Source: Macrostomum lignano (lineage: Eukaryota). Taken from it: a DNA stretch of 64,000 nucleotides. The position numbers and the translations under genes were made by a program. Position 1 is the stretch's first letter; each line of letters starts with the position of its first letter. The stretch spans positions 620,001-684,000 of the forward strand of contig NIVC01000100.1 of the NCBI GenBank assembly GCA_002269645.1, written 5' to 3'. This document shows, in pieces, positions 11,690-24,342 of this stretch. A model generated the notes under the pieces. That model saw only the letters and a list, made by a program, of their open reading frames with translations, did not search any database and was not told where the DNA came from.

Positions 11690-12694
11690 TCAGTATTTTT
11701 CTATCGTGCACTTTATCCGGCGAAGGAGCGCTCTTTGCTCCTCGTTGAACATAACCCTTGAAGAAACAGTTGGTGAGGCGCACGCAGCATCCCAGAACAT
11801 CTGCTTCAGGGAAGTAAAACTCGCCAACGGCAGCAAACAATTTGCGCACTCGCAAAGCACATGACGGTGATCGCAGCGAAATGAAGCATCCGAAACAAAG
11901 GCAAGCAAAATTGAACAGCCACTTTGGCGGGTGCTTCAACTTTCCCCGGGAAATCATTTCAGTGAATTCACCGAGTGGGGTGTTTAAAGTTTCGGCAGGA
12001 TCATCACCGGCAATTTTCTCCTTAAACGTTATGTAGCCTGAAATGTTATTATTATGCCTAAGTTGTCCTTCGCCTCAGCAATCGTTATTTCCATCCAAGT
12101 TCAAGTAACACAAATGCATGCCTTACCTGCAATATAATAAACAGATGCCTTTTCGGCCATTGATAGGCTCTCAGCTTTTACGTAGCAGTCATCGAGCGTC
12201 GAATTTTCTTCGTCTGAAAGGGGCGTGTCGCAGCAAAGTCCTTTGTTGTGCACGAATTCATCCAGCTCTAACACAGTGTAGAGTTTCATTCGTCGGAGTC
12301 GAGCGCTGAGAAGAACTTGCTCTACTGAGATAAAGTAATTGCCTCCGCTCATTTGGCGATAAACACCAAATTCTGCTTCCAGAGGATCACTTTGCAACTC
12401 CGCTATGAGAATGTACGTTGCACCAGATTCGCAGAGCAGTCGTTCGCATACTCGTAGTTCTATGATTGCATGAATAGTGTAAGCTAATGACCTCTTCGTC
12501 TCTGACATCAGAGATTGGTGTCTTGTTCTTCCCTTTCCACTGCGCATCTCCTCAATCAATTCGCAAAGCGCACGCAGGAACTTGATGTTTGGATCTTGAA
12601 CTGAATAGACAGCCCGTCTGTCTGGGTCATTAAGTCTAACATGAAGATGCGGGTTCTTGCAGTTCACAATTTTCCAGAATTTAACCGAAAGCAT
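11690..12694 (-). pseudogene. P-type transposase C-terminal region (element 1)
   Basis: LQSDPLEAEFGVYRQMSGGNYF motif carrying the third catalytic E; SRGKLKHP C-terminal motif; broken frames. Confidence 0.85.
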
Positions 12695-13069
12695 CGCACG
12701 GAATAGTTTGGTGAAACGAAAACCCGCAGAACCATTTCGGCATTGGCGCTTAACGAGAAGATAAACACCTCCTCTTGAACAATGGTAACAATAAGCTGAT
12801 ATGCTTTGATGACGTCTGAACAGTGAATGGATGCTCGGAATTCAGTCCACGATGGCAGCGTGTCACGCTCTCGAAATTCTACTAGTTCATCGTGGAAAAG
12901 GCATCGTTCGGACAACAGCACGCCCCTTCCCTCAGCCTGTCGACTGGCACGCACTGCAATATCCAAGCACGCATCTTAGTGTTTCGTTTCGACCCTATTT
13001 GATTGAGTGCAAATGCGCTCGAATATTAAAATTAAAGCAGTAGAACTTCACAAACTTTGTGTTTGAACG

Positions 13070-13419
13070 AGGCAGGACTGCGGGACTCCGTCGAAAACTG
13101 ATGGTGGATGTAGCGGCCTTTCATTTCTTCCCTTTTTTATCATTGGTGCATCTTGAGGCCAGTGCTTAGCACACACGCCCATGTAGTCTGTCACGGTCTA
13201 AACAACAACAAAATTGTTAATGAATTCATGGGGCCAGGCTAAATCTGATTCACAAAGCACATTTGTAGAAAGTCTTACCGTCAGTTGATTAGGCAGTGAC
13301 AGCCGCCAAGCCTCTCGTTCAGTTGTTGCATCCTTAGGAAACGAAAATACTGCAACATTCCGATCACGGTTACTATTGTAATTTGCACAACAAAAAATGA
13401 CGCTGCATTTTCTCGGCAT
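13070..13419 (-). pseudogene. THAP zinc-finger N-terminus of P-type transposase (element 1)
   Basis: MPRKCSVIFC...VFSFPKD...W...P...LC pattern; PPSVFDGVPQSCL follows in a shifted frame. Confidence 0.8.
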
Positions 13420-14649
13420 GATATTTAGTTTCAGCGAGAATAAAATTTCTCTCTCTCAATTGCAAGTGCATGCGAAGAACTCAATTTTCAGCTCAGATTT
13501 CTTCGCTTTCGTAGCTTTGGATGGGCCATAGAACAATGCTTTTAAACGAGCCTCATACTTTTTCGCCATGAATTGGCCGTTTCCGGTCCTGAGTTATCAA
13601 GTTGTCCTTGTTGTTTACTTAATGCCAACGCAATTAGCGGGCTAAACTCATAGGTCAGTTAAACTAAGCGTCTGTTTCAATGTTTTTTCTATGTCCGAAA
13701 CCCACTTTCTTGGCATTTAATTTAATAAAAAGGGACACAAAAATTCTTTTTTTCCTATTTGCTGTTAAATTGTGCAATTTTTTTCTTATCCAGTACGTAC
13801 TACTTACAGCAGTTTGCTATAAATGTTTTAGTTGTAACGTATTTTTTGTTTTAAATGCAATCTTCTAAAATATCAAACAACTGTCAACTTTGTTTTAACT
13901 GTTGTCCGCCTTTTTATCTTAGGGGGTACTGCTAGTAATTTATACGAATAGTTATTTATTGTTGTAAATATTAATTTGCTTTATGCACTCTTTTTTTAGT
14001 TTGAATCTTTACAGTACTATATTTTGCAATTTTTTATTTATCGAGTACTTTAAGTTTTGTAAAATGAGTTGAGTAATAAATAATATTAATAATGCTAAAT
14101 GCTGTTACTAAGTAGTGTAGGAACTGCATTTATTTATTAATTTAATATTTATTATTATATTTCAACAGTTTTGTATAAACTTTGTTTAAATTAAATTATA
14201 GACATAGCCTATAACTAAGATTTTTAGTTCTTCATATGTCATAGCCATAAAAGATAAAAACACAATATAGCTTTTTATTTAAGTTCTTAATTTGGGTTTA
14301 ATAAACAGGTCATGGCCATAAAAGTTACAAACATTAAAACCATCGTCCCACCTTTGAAGACGACAGCGTCTTCATTCACTAGTTATTTACTTGGCGCATG
14401 CAATACAAAGCCCACCCTTCTCCTAAACAGCCGCCAATCCCCAACCCCAACATGAAAGATTACGACAGCTACTGAGGTAGGGTGTGTATATTATGACTAT
14501 AGTACTCGTAGTAGCTAACTTAGCGTTTAATTTTCCAACCAATCATAGAATTCCCTGTTCAAATTTGTTTAAATATCTCATTTTGTTTGAATTTTTGTTT
14601 GTTTGAATCTTGCCTTTTTGTTTGAATGCGTCCCCCATTTTTCCCAAAA

Positions 14650-15360
14650 TTTAGTATAAAAGGAGGCGAGTTGGCCAAAAAAAATTGACCTGGTGTTACC
14701 TGATTAACTATCGAGAACTCTTAGTAAGCAAACTTGAAGTTTTTGGCTAAGACTTATCTCGCTATTTCTTTCATAAAAAGTAAAACCAGAGGTCGTGGAG
14801 ACCCTAGACCAGGATTCTAGATAGGAAAACCAGAGGTCGTGGAGACCCAAGACCAGGATTCTAGAGACGGCAGTCAGAGGTCGTGGAGACCCAGAACTAG
14901 GTATCTGGAATAGGGAAATTTGAGGTCGTAAAGACCCAGAATAGAGGTTAAAGGTGGGGATCTTGAGGTCGTACAGACCCTAAGAAAGCCGTACAGGCTA
15001 ACAATAGACATTAGGCACTAGGAGATTAGATATTAGGGACGTAGGTTAGTTGCCGCTGGACACCCTTGATCCTCGGAAAACGCTAGGCTTTCGGACTGAA
15101 TTAAGGAATTAGACAGTGTCTTACCGCTCGGGCACTACACGCTATCACAAGGTTTCTAGGAAGCCGTGTGAAATTAGAAGTTTCTAGGAGAGAGTAATAG
15201 ATTAGGGCTGCGAACGCTACTCAAAGTAGATATATTAGTGACAATTTATAGGATAGGGAGATTAGAACTAAAGAACTGCAGCAAATTGGTGAGATAATTT
15301 CAGTAGGAACCACAAGGGCTAGCACACTACTATAACTTTGCAGAAATCATTAGACAATTG
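14650..15360 (+). mobile_element. LTR-like remnant containing ~44-bp tandem repeats (CAGAGGTCGTGGAGACCC core, 14786-14990)
   Basis: TATAAAA near 14656. Segment AGACAGTGTCTTACCGCTCG resembles AGATCAGTGTTTGCCGCTCG in the PBS-bearing LTR at 19.5 kb. Boundaries unclear. Confidence 0.35.
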
Positions 15361-15367
15361 TGATTTC

Positions 15368-16260
15368 TCATATTCTCTCAATTATCAACAGCAGTAAAAA
15401 CTCTTCACCGTTGAAATCAACGCCCACCCCATCTTCAGTCTCAAACTGTAGCACAATCTCGTGAATCTCCTTATTACTCAATGCTGCAACTCTTTTCACT
15501 GGATTTGGTTTCTCTACCAGTATTTGTCCTCCAGCTACAGAGTTAGAGATGTTGTACAAAATATTCGTTCGCTTTCCCTTAAATACCCAATCTAGACTGA
15601 GATCTGAGATCTAGACTGAGATTCTAATCTACTGATTAGAATATTCAAACCCTTTACAATGTCTGCAATATTGGGTGCTAAGAACAAACCGCTTACACTT
15701 TCCCGGGCCATGCAAACGACCCCCGATGATTTCGGCGCTTGAGTGCCGGTCCGCGCCGTGGATTTTACCTTATTAACTTTCTTTTCGAATCCCAATTCCC
15801 TATACTAAGTGTCATCTTTAAACTCAACCTCCGCATCTTTGTGAACTTGCATGACCACTCTCATTACAGTGAGATCATAGGCTAGTTTGACAGGGAACAG
15901 TTCTGGCTTAATCGGATCAGGTGTCTCAAAATGGCCTCTTTTAGTAAAGACGTTTTCTAGAAAGTAATTGTAGGTATCCACACTTTGCGTGCTCACAGGG
16001 AATACCACAGGTTCTGCTGCCGCACCTTTCCATTAGTAATAAAACTTATTATTTGCTGCCGTCACATTGGGAACGTTTGATCAACCAGTGAAGTCGTTAA
16101 GATAGACATGGTAATAAGCACCTGGATCCAGGCGAACCGCCTGCTCTAATTTTTGAACAAATATCTTGTTTGAGTCATTAATTCGCCCAGTTATTGTAAT
16201 AGGATTGCTCTCCTTAGAGTGAGAAATAATATTATTTAGTCTTTCAGCAATCGCTTCCAT
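15368..16260 (-). pseudogene. Polinton/Maverick (adintovirus-like) minor capsid protein (penton)
   Basis: Stitched translation: ITITGR..F.QKLEQAVRLD..Y.VYLNDFTG*SNVPNVTAANNKFYY...LGF...APNIADI...LYNISNSVAGGQILVEKP...IHEIVLQFETEDGVGVDFNGEEFLLLLII. This follows the Maverick penton pattern. Four in-frame stops and one frameshift. Confidence 0.82.
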
Positions 16261-16279
16261 TTTTTGTCCTAAAATTTTT

Positions 16280-16490
16280 TTAAACTTCACTGGATGAATT
16301 GTCGATCATGTTAAGCTTCACCTTCCTCTCAAATGCATAGATAATGTACAGGTCCACGGGTGTTGCGACAGTCCTCTCAATGTTAGTCACAATATTCACA
16401 GGGCTGTTATCAGTAGGCATTTGTCTGGCAGACACATCAGCGCCAAACATCGGATATAGAGTTCCATATTGAAGAGCAGTGATAACAATT
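16280..16490 (-). pseudogene. C-terminal fragment of Polinton/Maverick major capsid protein
   Basis: GIVITALQYGTLYPMFGADVS...SPVNI...LYIIYAFERKVKL resembles the MCP C-terminus; its stop lies 20 nt upstream of the penton ATG. Confidence 0.65.
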
Positions 16491-18131
16491 CCATTGTTCT
16501 CTTTCACAGCCAAGTCGACCAACTCGACTCTCCTCCATTTCCACTTGCTCCCCAACCCTCGTTTTTCACTATTTTACTTCAGTTTACGATCTCTATTTTA
16601 CATTTTCAGCTTCCCCAACAACGATGTTTCCGCAGCGCTACAAACGAGTCTGTGCTCGGCCGACTTTGGAGTAAGTGTGGGAGTCACAAGACTGTGAAGA
16701 TAGCCAGGACCAGTCTGCAACGAGCCTTGAACCTAAGGAGCCAGTCAATCCTAATTCTGTAACTGTTTTCTCTCTCTTTGTCGTATTTTCCTCTTTTCTG
16801 CAAATGATAATAATAATATAACACTCACACGAAACGAAATTGCCTTTTGCCTCGCTGTTTTATCGCAGACTGCAACCTACGGTGGCGGTCAACTGGCGGA
16901 GGACTCTGGAGCTGATGACATTCGGACTAAGGAACCGGACAACCGGACAAAGGCCTACGAACGCGAAGACGAAGACTTCGACCATGGAGGCGGAGCTGAT
17001 GTAAGCTTCGACGAACAGTTGACTTTGTTTAAGAATGTCCCCTCCGGTTGTAACAAGCGAATCGTTTTTGCTGCGGCTTTCCTTCTTCTGCAAATTTCGT
17101 GCAACATGACCAAAGTAGCGCTTAGAGAAATCTGAAGCTAGCCAACTTTTTGGGGCTAATTTTCCAGTTGATTCGAGGACTTCAAAGGGAACCGTTTATT
17201 CTGAAATCGAGGATTCCAGGGCGTGGATGAGCTGCTTCGAAGTGTGTCTGACTTGTTACCATTTTCGCTCTAGTTGTGTGTGCAGTGGTAGTGCGTACGG
17301 CGAATTTTACACCATCGATGTTGAGCGCCAGGTTACTGTCATTATTAAGTCCTTTTACAAGGACATAGAAAGGCACTTTCAGTTGATGAGACATGGCTAT
17401 CAGGACGACTTAACTTAACTTTGCTCTAAAACCAGAGCTGCAATGTCAGAAGTCTGAGTATTGTATGCTTTAGTAGTGCTACTTCTCTAGTTTGTAATAA
17501 CTGCAATAATCTTTTGTAATTGGCTCGTAATTCGATGTGGTCTATAATTGCAAACATCAACTGATTCACATGGAGACCGATTGTCAAACTCTAGCTTTGC
17601 TCCACTTTTAATTTGCGAATTTTTGCTACAATGTTTGTTTAGTGTTTGCATTATATTTGTGTACGTCATGTTTCAGCTCTTTACTTTAGCTGATTATAAA
17701 GATGGCCACATTGTAGTGACATGAAAGTGAATGTTTGTGATTAGAAGTGTTTGTTTTATTTGCTCATTGAATATTGTAAAACCCTGGCTGAGCAATTCAA
17801 AGCTGCCGTTATGAGTTCTGACCCCGGGGAAAACCAGAAGCCACGCCGTGCCCCCAAGATCAAAAGATGTTGCTAGATTAGAATGACTGATTTGTGTAAG
17901 TAGCATTTAAATTAGCACAAAAGTCCATGATATTTTCCTATTACATAGGGTCCTTACAAGCCTGCAGATCTGGCCAGAATTGCATACAAGGTCTAAGGGT
18001 AAAGTCTTTAAGATCATGCAAGAATCCTATAATATCATGCAAGATAAAGCAGATCTTACATGATCTTATCTCTAAGATATGCTTCAGAGTGTACGGCACT
18101 CTGAACGTCAATTCATTGTCATCTAGGGCAG

Positions 18132-19050
18132 GTGCGCGACGCGGAGCTGCAGAGTGTACGGCACACAATGCATTGTTTGCAAATTAAGCATCAGCGGCTC
18201 AAGGAAGATTGCATCGCGAAGGACCTTGACATCGCCAGGTTTCAGCAGGAAAGCACTGCAATGTGTCTCCGTATTTCGGGTCTGGAGAAGGAGCTGGAAA
18301 AGCTACAAGCGGAGTTGGTCCAGGTGAGCAGCACGGGGCCCAAATGTATACTCAGCAACATTGAGAAGTTGCCACTCTATGCGCAGGTGAGCAATTTCTC
18401 TTGGATTATTATGAACTAAAAGATACGAGAAAACTAATCGGGGTAGCTTTAACCCGTCCAACCCTCGCACACCGCTCCCCCCATTTCATTCCTCAACTCA
18501 AGTCTTCCACGGCGTAGCTAAGTTGCCTCACTCGCAAAGATTGAGACTTTAATCTGCACTCTCAAAAGTGGCGATCACAGATGGAATCTTCTGTGATGGC
18601 GACTTTTCAATGTTGCTGAGTATATATTCGCACATGCAGAAATGTCAAGGCTGTACAGTCAAGCCTTCACACTTTCTATTACTAAGGTAGAGCAAGACAG
18701 TTCCACTTCAAAATACAGGGCACAATATAGGGTGGCATACAGGGCACAATTTCTCCGCATCGACCATTTCGTTGATGCTATTAGAGACGCAGCCAGCAGC
18801 AATGCACCAGCAGCACATCCAGTCGCGGACACGGACGTTTTTGCGTCTGGAAAGCTAGCTGAGTTGATGGGCATTCCATTGGACGCGCCACATTGCGGCC
18901 ACTGTGTCAGTTGCCGCTACAGCATTCCCGCTGCTCGTTGCCGATGTTGCCGCTACTGCTGAAGCCGACACCACCGGCACCGGTGTCGTGGCCGATATGA
19001 CCGATATGGTCTATCTGATTTCTAGGGCACCCATACAAGTGAGGCAGGCC
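18132..19050 (+). other. Degraded, probably multi-exon coding fragment (coiled-coil-like), identity unknown
   Basis: GC-rich blocks with heptad-like LRISGLEKELEKLQAELVQ ending at GTGAG donor-like sites; no recognisable domain. Confidence 0.25.
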
Positions 19051-19179
19051 CGATATATTTTAATATTCGCGTATCTACCATTTTGAATTCCCGCCAAAAT
19101 ATGCCTAACTACGAATTTTGTTTAAATAGGATATTTGTTTTAATGGTTTAAATTTTATATTCAGGAAAATTATTTTGTT

Positions 19180-19658
19180 AGAATGATGTAAAAGAAATTT
19201 GTTTATTCATGTCCCGCGCACCCCACCTCCTTTTTCGAGAGTATGGTTCTATTTATTTATATTCTATTCTATTTCTATTTATTTATATGTGGTGTTCACA
19301 AGCGTGTTCGGGCTGTTTATTTCTTCGCCCGCCGATTCTTTGATTCGGTCTAAAGAAGCAAAATCGTGTTGGCTCAGTTCTCGAAAAGCAGTAGAAAGAA
19401 AAAAGCCGTAAGAGGCCAGTAAAGGAAGTAAGCGGTCGGCCAGTCGGGCAACTCCATCCTAGGATAACCTGTTTAGGACTGGATAGAATAGAAATTAGAA
19501 ACTCAGTAGCCAGAAATTTAGATCAGTGTTTGCCGCTCGACACTGCTACCAGGACTACTTGTATGATTCAAGGAATTCTAGATTAAATTTGGTTTGGGAA
19601 TTTTTCTTTAGGAATAGTATCATATAACCAGCGAAAACTTGGTGGCAGCGGTGGGATT
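19180..19658 (+). mobile_element. Gypsy-type LTR remnant with tRNA-Leu primer-binding site (19643-19658)
   Basis: TGGCAGCGGTGGGATT is a 16-nt complement of the conserved tRNA-Leu 3' end (AATCCCACCGCTGCCA). No gag follows; LTR start is approximate. Confidence 0.65.
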
Positions 19659-21059
19659 TGTAGAAGGACAGGAGTTTCCCCTACAACACAAGGTTTCCTT
19701 CCTTTTGATAATGATCACGATAATGAAAAATTGACGATTACTTCTAATACACAGCACACTTTTCCACCTCCTTGCTTCCACATATAGATCAAGCTGAGAA
19801 GCTACTCAGAGGTGTTGTCCGCAACAGAAGAGAACAAGCGGGTGCGGTCCAGCCTGAAGTCTCTAGTGAAGGACTCTACTGCGCGCGATTTTCGCGGAAA
19901 AAGACATCGCGACGAAATTGTTGACCGGCCGGACTCGCAACCAGGGTACCCGCGAACTGGTGCCATCAAGTATCCTGGATGTTGTGCAGTCATACTTGGT
20001 GCGTGCCGGACCATTTTCTTCTCTTCTCTTCTCTCCCCTTCCCCTCTCTCCACTTCCCCTCTCTTCCTTTTCCCTCTCTCCCCCTTCTCGCCTCTCCTCT
20101 TCTTTCCCTTCTTTCTCATTTCTCTCTTCTCCTCTCTCCCTTTTCTCATCTTTTCTCTTCTTTTCCTTTTCGATTCCCTCTCCACTCTCTTCTCCTCCCT
20201 CTCCCCTCTCTCCTCTTTTTTCTGTCTCGCCTCTCCTCATATCTCATATCTCTCCTCTCGTTTTATCTCCTGCATCTCCTCTCTTCTCTCATCTCTAATT
20301 TTCTATTTCTTATCCTTTCCAATCTCATCTGGCTTGCCGCCATGAGCTGGATTCTTCTCTACCTGGCCCTTAGGGTAAAATAGTTTGCCGACCCTTGGAC
20401 TAGAAGTTATTGCTTCTAATCTGGAAAGAGTACCGGTAAGCGAAATCAGAGACCGATGAAATAGGGGAAGCCTGTGTGTTAGCTAGACATGCCCTGGGAG
20501 GAGATAAGAGACGAGGAAGAAAATCATAAACAGTCGTTTGTTTTTCATTGTGAAAAAGGGAGCGATAAAATCAACGAAGGCAAGAGTCAAAGTTGGTTCA
20601 ATCAGGGCGGGACTGAGAACCGGAACAGTCATACCATTCATATTTGTGACCGAGAAGCACTAGCATTCAATTCATATTCGAGTTATCACATATTCATACG
20701 TGCGTAAATCATTCGCATTGGATACAATCACGCCTAAGCCAGTTTCTTTTACAAGCTTGTATTCGAGTGTGGTGAGAGTGGTTTTTTCCCTCACTTCCTT
20801 TCCCCCCTCCCCCTCTCAAGCCTCCTGCAAGTTGGCCCAAAACCCCCACTCAGCCCCCAGTTTGTTGTGTATGCTCGTTTTACCAGTATAAATATCATAA
20901 AGCATTCTTCCACTTTACTTGCGAGCTCGGCTAGAGATAACATCTGCCAAACGGCAAAAAATACTATGGGATACCCTTAGTATAAAAATTTTGCAATGCC
21001 CCCTTCCCCGGTCTGCCTCTTTCTTCACTCTACCCTAGGCTTTCTTCCCTGGGACAGGG

Positions 21060-22943
21060 CGCGGACCCCGGGATTATAAGCAACTGGACTGGAAGGAGAG
21101 ATAATTTTATTTTCCACCCTATACCACAGGGGGGCACTGCTTCTCCCTTCTGTCCCCCAGTTGGGGGCTTGGGGTGTTTGTTCCACGAGGGAAGGAAAGC
21201 TTTCGTTGTACACTAAAAAGCTCTCTCTACAATGTACATTCCAATTCGTCCCTGTTCGTATTTCGGCCGGGGTTGTGGCCTATAGTGGACTACAAGAATC
21301 GCTGCACTGTACAGCATGTCCTAAAAACGATCTCTCCTTGTTTTTGCTAACTAGCACTCATAATTGTCTGATCGACTCTGAGAGTGAAGACGACTAATGG
21401 TGAAGGCTTGCTCAGCGTACGGATGCTCAAATCGAGCAAATGGAACTGTCGCAGGAGTCAGCTTCCATAGTTTTCCATGGAAGGACCCCGCCCTTCTGGA
21501 AAAGTGGAAGCGAGCCAACCCAAGTCAGGAGTTTGAGCCAACAAAAAGCTCAAGGATTTGCTCCAGACATTTTCATCCGGACGACTTCCATGGATACAAA
21601 CGTCGCACGTAAGAAGAGCAAGGAGCAACTACTAAGACGCCTTTTGAAACAAGGGGCTGTGCCGTCCATCTTTCCCAACGCTCCATCCTACCTGTCCTCT
21701 GAAAAAAAGCCGCAGAGATCAACAGCGGCGACTTCTTCTGAACGTCTGGAGCGGGAACTCAGTGCCCTGCAAAGCAGCATCGACACCTTTCAGGAAGCCG
21801 ACTCAATTGCTGATTGCGGCCTACACGACGTGCGCTCCAGACTTGATCAGGAGGAGAGTAAGCCAGCAGGTTTTCAATTCTCTCTGTGTGACGGCAAGCT
21901 GTGCATTTACATGCTTGAGATGGAGCCCAATTTTCATGTTGCGTGCTATATTTGCTTGGCTGAAGACCTCACCGTCACATTTGGATTCCGTGGATTGCCT
22001 CTGAAGATGAATAGGTTTGTCGATCTGTTGACTAATGGCAAGGTCTCGACCCTTAGCCAGCTTGTTAACATCATGTCGAGAATCAAGATACGGCCGAGTC
22101 TGACGATAAAGTTTCGCATCTGCTGGATATGGCTGAAGACCTGTTAGAAGAGGTGGAAGAGCTGGCAGAAAACCGAACGGTGAGCTTTGCTTTGGAGCAA
22201 TTGAAGTTGAGTAGGAAGCCAGCCTCTGCTCGCAGGTACTCGCAGGAGCTTCTCGTTTTTGCGTATTTAATTTACTCAATCAGTGCCGCTGCATACAAGA
22301 CCATGCTGGAGCAGGAGGCACTTTGTCTGCCATCTGATCGCACTTTGAGGTCCATCACAGCTAGAGTTGGTTCTAAGGTAGGTCTGGATAACGAAGGCTA
22401 TCTTAAACTTCGGGCATCTAAGCTTGAACAAGTTGAGAAAGTTGTCGTCCTTGCGATCGATGAGATCTACATTGCCAATCGGGTTGAGTACAACAATGGT
22501 CAGTTGAATGGACTGGATGCAGATGGAGCTACAGCAAAGACACTCTGCTGCTTCATGATCCGCTCTGTAGCGAGTCAATACAAGGACATGATTGCGATGC
22601 ATGCCGTTGCAACATTGACTGCGAAGAAACTTACAGAATGGTTTCACCAGGCGATGAGTGTCTTAAGAAAGTTGAATTTCACCGTTTGTGCAGTGTGCGT
22701 TGATAATGCCGCAGTGAACCGCAAGTTTGTCAGAGGCCTGTGCGGCAACAACTTCAACCCTTGCTTCATGGATGAAGTAACTGGACAGCCTGTTTTTTTG
22801 CTGTTCGATCCAGTGCATTTATGTGATTTGTGTTAGCAATTCATGCCCCTCTGCAGATAAGCTGTGTAGGAAACTAATGCCCCCTTGTGGTATGGGTTAT
22901 TTTTAGCCTTCCAGTCCAGTTGCTTATAATCCCGGGGTCCGCG
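21060..22943 (+). mobile_element. P-superfamily (THAP) DNA transposon lacking the 3' half of its transposase
   Basis: Perfect 37-bp TIRs (21060-21096; 22907-22943) CGCGGACCCCGGGATTATAAGCAACTGGACTGGAAGG; 7-bp TSD GACAGGG at 21053-21059 and 22944-22950. Confidence 0.93.
21397..22836 (+). pseudogene. THAP domain plus N-terminal/core P-type (THAP9-like) transposase, frameshifted and truncated
   Basis: MVKACSAYGCSN..FHSFP..W..ICSRHF and LKQGAVPSIF (THAP); LCLPSDRTLR, AIDEIY, CVDNAAVNRKF, FDPVHL (transposase core). Frameshifts near 21600 and 22130. Confidence 0.9.
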
Positions 22944-23775
22944 GACAGGGCTAGTAGTGACAGGCAAACTCCAAGTATCCCCATTTTTATTCTGATAGCA
23001 CATACAACTGGAATGCCTCTGACTTAAAGTTGTAAAGCTTCTGCTTTGATAAATTTTGCACTCGGTGCTCGGTGCTCATACTTATGAGGGCAGATAACTT
23101 GGATTTGGGCCCCAAAGCAAAGGAGTTCTAAAGATAGCATCAATAGTGCTATGCAGTTAGGAAGCAGAGGGGTAAAAGTCAGCACTTGTGAGTCCCACGA
23201 GGTTCGCCCTTGTTACTTTTCAGCAATGCAAAATTATATTTCAATTAGAAGTATACTGCGAATGTTGTGTATACGCTCGTACTTGTGCTAGCTAGCTATA
23301 CGAGTAGAAAAATTACTGCTCTCGAACGCAACACACTTAAAACACGAATGCATGCAGGGATGAAAATAAGCCAGCCAGCCTCGTCAGCTGCTAAAGACCA
23401 GCCTCGTAAAAAATTACTAGTTTCCCGTCCCGGTGTTTGAGTAGTCCCTGAATGCATGTATATTGATTGCAATACCCACTGTAACACAGCACTTACATAA
23501 ATGCTTCATTTTCATAGTATATTCTCTATTCTCATCATATTGTTTCTGTATTTTAAAACCCGACGTCAAAAAACCCTTTTTGGGCATGCGAGGAGACAGT
23601 AAATTGTCAATGCAAATATACCAAAAATTTAATCTAGCTATATGTGTGGTAGGGCTCCTGAAATTCATCGTTAATTACGCGAATTATTATTTATTATTAA
23701 TGACTCAAGTGAAAATACTAACGTGCGCAATTAATTCACTAGGAACTCTTGCACATCCGAAACCGAATAGGATAC

Positions 23776-24342
23776 TGTAACGTTGTGCCAAGAGGCCTAC
23801 CAGTTGTTTTAATGCACTCATTCTGCGGGTATATAAATACCGCGCGCACCAATTTGAATTGGCTCTCGCTCTCGCACGCGCACTTTTTCCGCGCTTACTC
23901 TCCTCTGGTTGCCCCGAGTGTGCAACTTAGCCCGGACTGTGTGCTCTAGTGTAGTATTGCCTTGTAAGATCGGCCCGGTGTGCCTGACAAACTATTAGTC
24001 CATGACTAGTTATTAGTAACTATTGAGTCTTAGTTGAGCACTGCTCCTAAGTACTAAGTTAGTTTAGCCAACTAAATCTTAGCTCTAACAGACTGTGTTA
24101 GTAAGGACACAGGAGGCCGAGCTTATTTTTGTGTTTTTGTCTTTTAATTTTGTTAAGGTTAATTATCATTTTCTGCTGGTGCGCTAGTTCCAATATTTGT
24201 TAATTTATCGTTTAATAATTACAATTGATAGTTCGTTAAGTTACTGGTTAATTTAAGTTCTAGTTCTAACTCAATTTATTCAAATCTCTTTGATAGCGGT
24301 TTTGGCTCAGTCATTTGATCATAGCTTCGATTGGTGGCAGCG
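23776..24342 (+). mobile_element. Putative Gypsy LTR remnant with partial PBS
   Basis: Starts TGTAAC, contains TATATAAATA near 23831, and ends at TGGTGGCAGCG (24332-24342), the same motif as at 19640. Confidence 0.45.

Larger units (their letters stand above)
11277..13610 (-). mobile_element. P-superfamily (THAP) DNA transposon, internal-deletion derivative
   Basis: TIRs 11277-11370 and 13519-13610 (start CAAGG; 1 substitution, 2 single-base indels). Perfect 8-bp TSD TTGTTTAC at 11269-11276 and 13611-13618. THAP and transposase C-terminus inside. Confidence 0.93.
20010..23180 (-). repeat. Composite interspersed repeat (CT-rich hAT-MITE-like part plus flank), interrupted by the P element at 21060-22943
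   Basis: 20010-21059 and 22951-23180 are the reverse complement of about 48625-49960. hAT-like terminus TTTGCCGACCCTTG ends at 20397. Confidence 0.8.

Noticed and set aside
17180-17780. Possible fifth CACTA transposase fragment (LALNIDGV; HFHVT..MQTLNKHC) on the minus strand
   Set aside because: Only short motifs; the expected WP motif and downstream blocks could not be found.
19802-20383. K/E/R-rich and S/L/F-rich ORFs (also 49546-50095)
   Set aside because: Translations of GA/CT low-complexity tracts within a MITE-like repeat.
11277-22943. The two THAP elements as halves of one split transposon
   Set aside because: Each has its own THAP domain, unrelated TIRs and a different TSD length; they are separate families.
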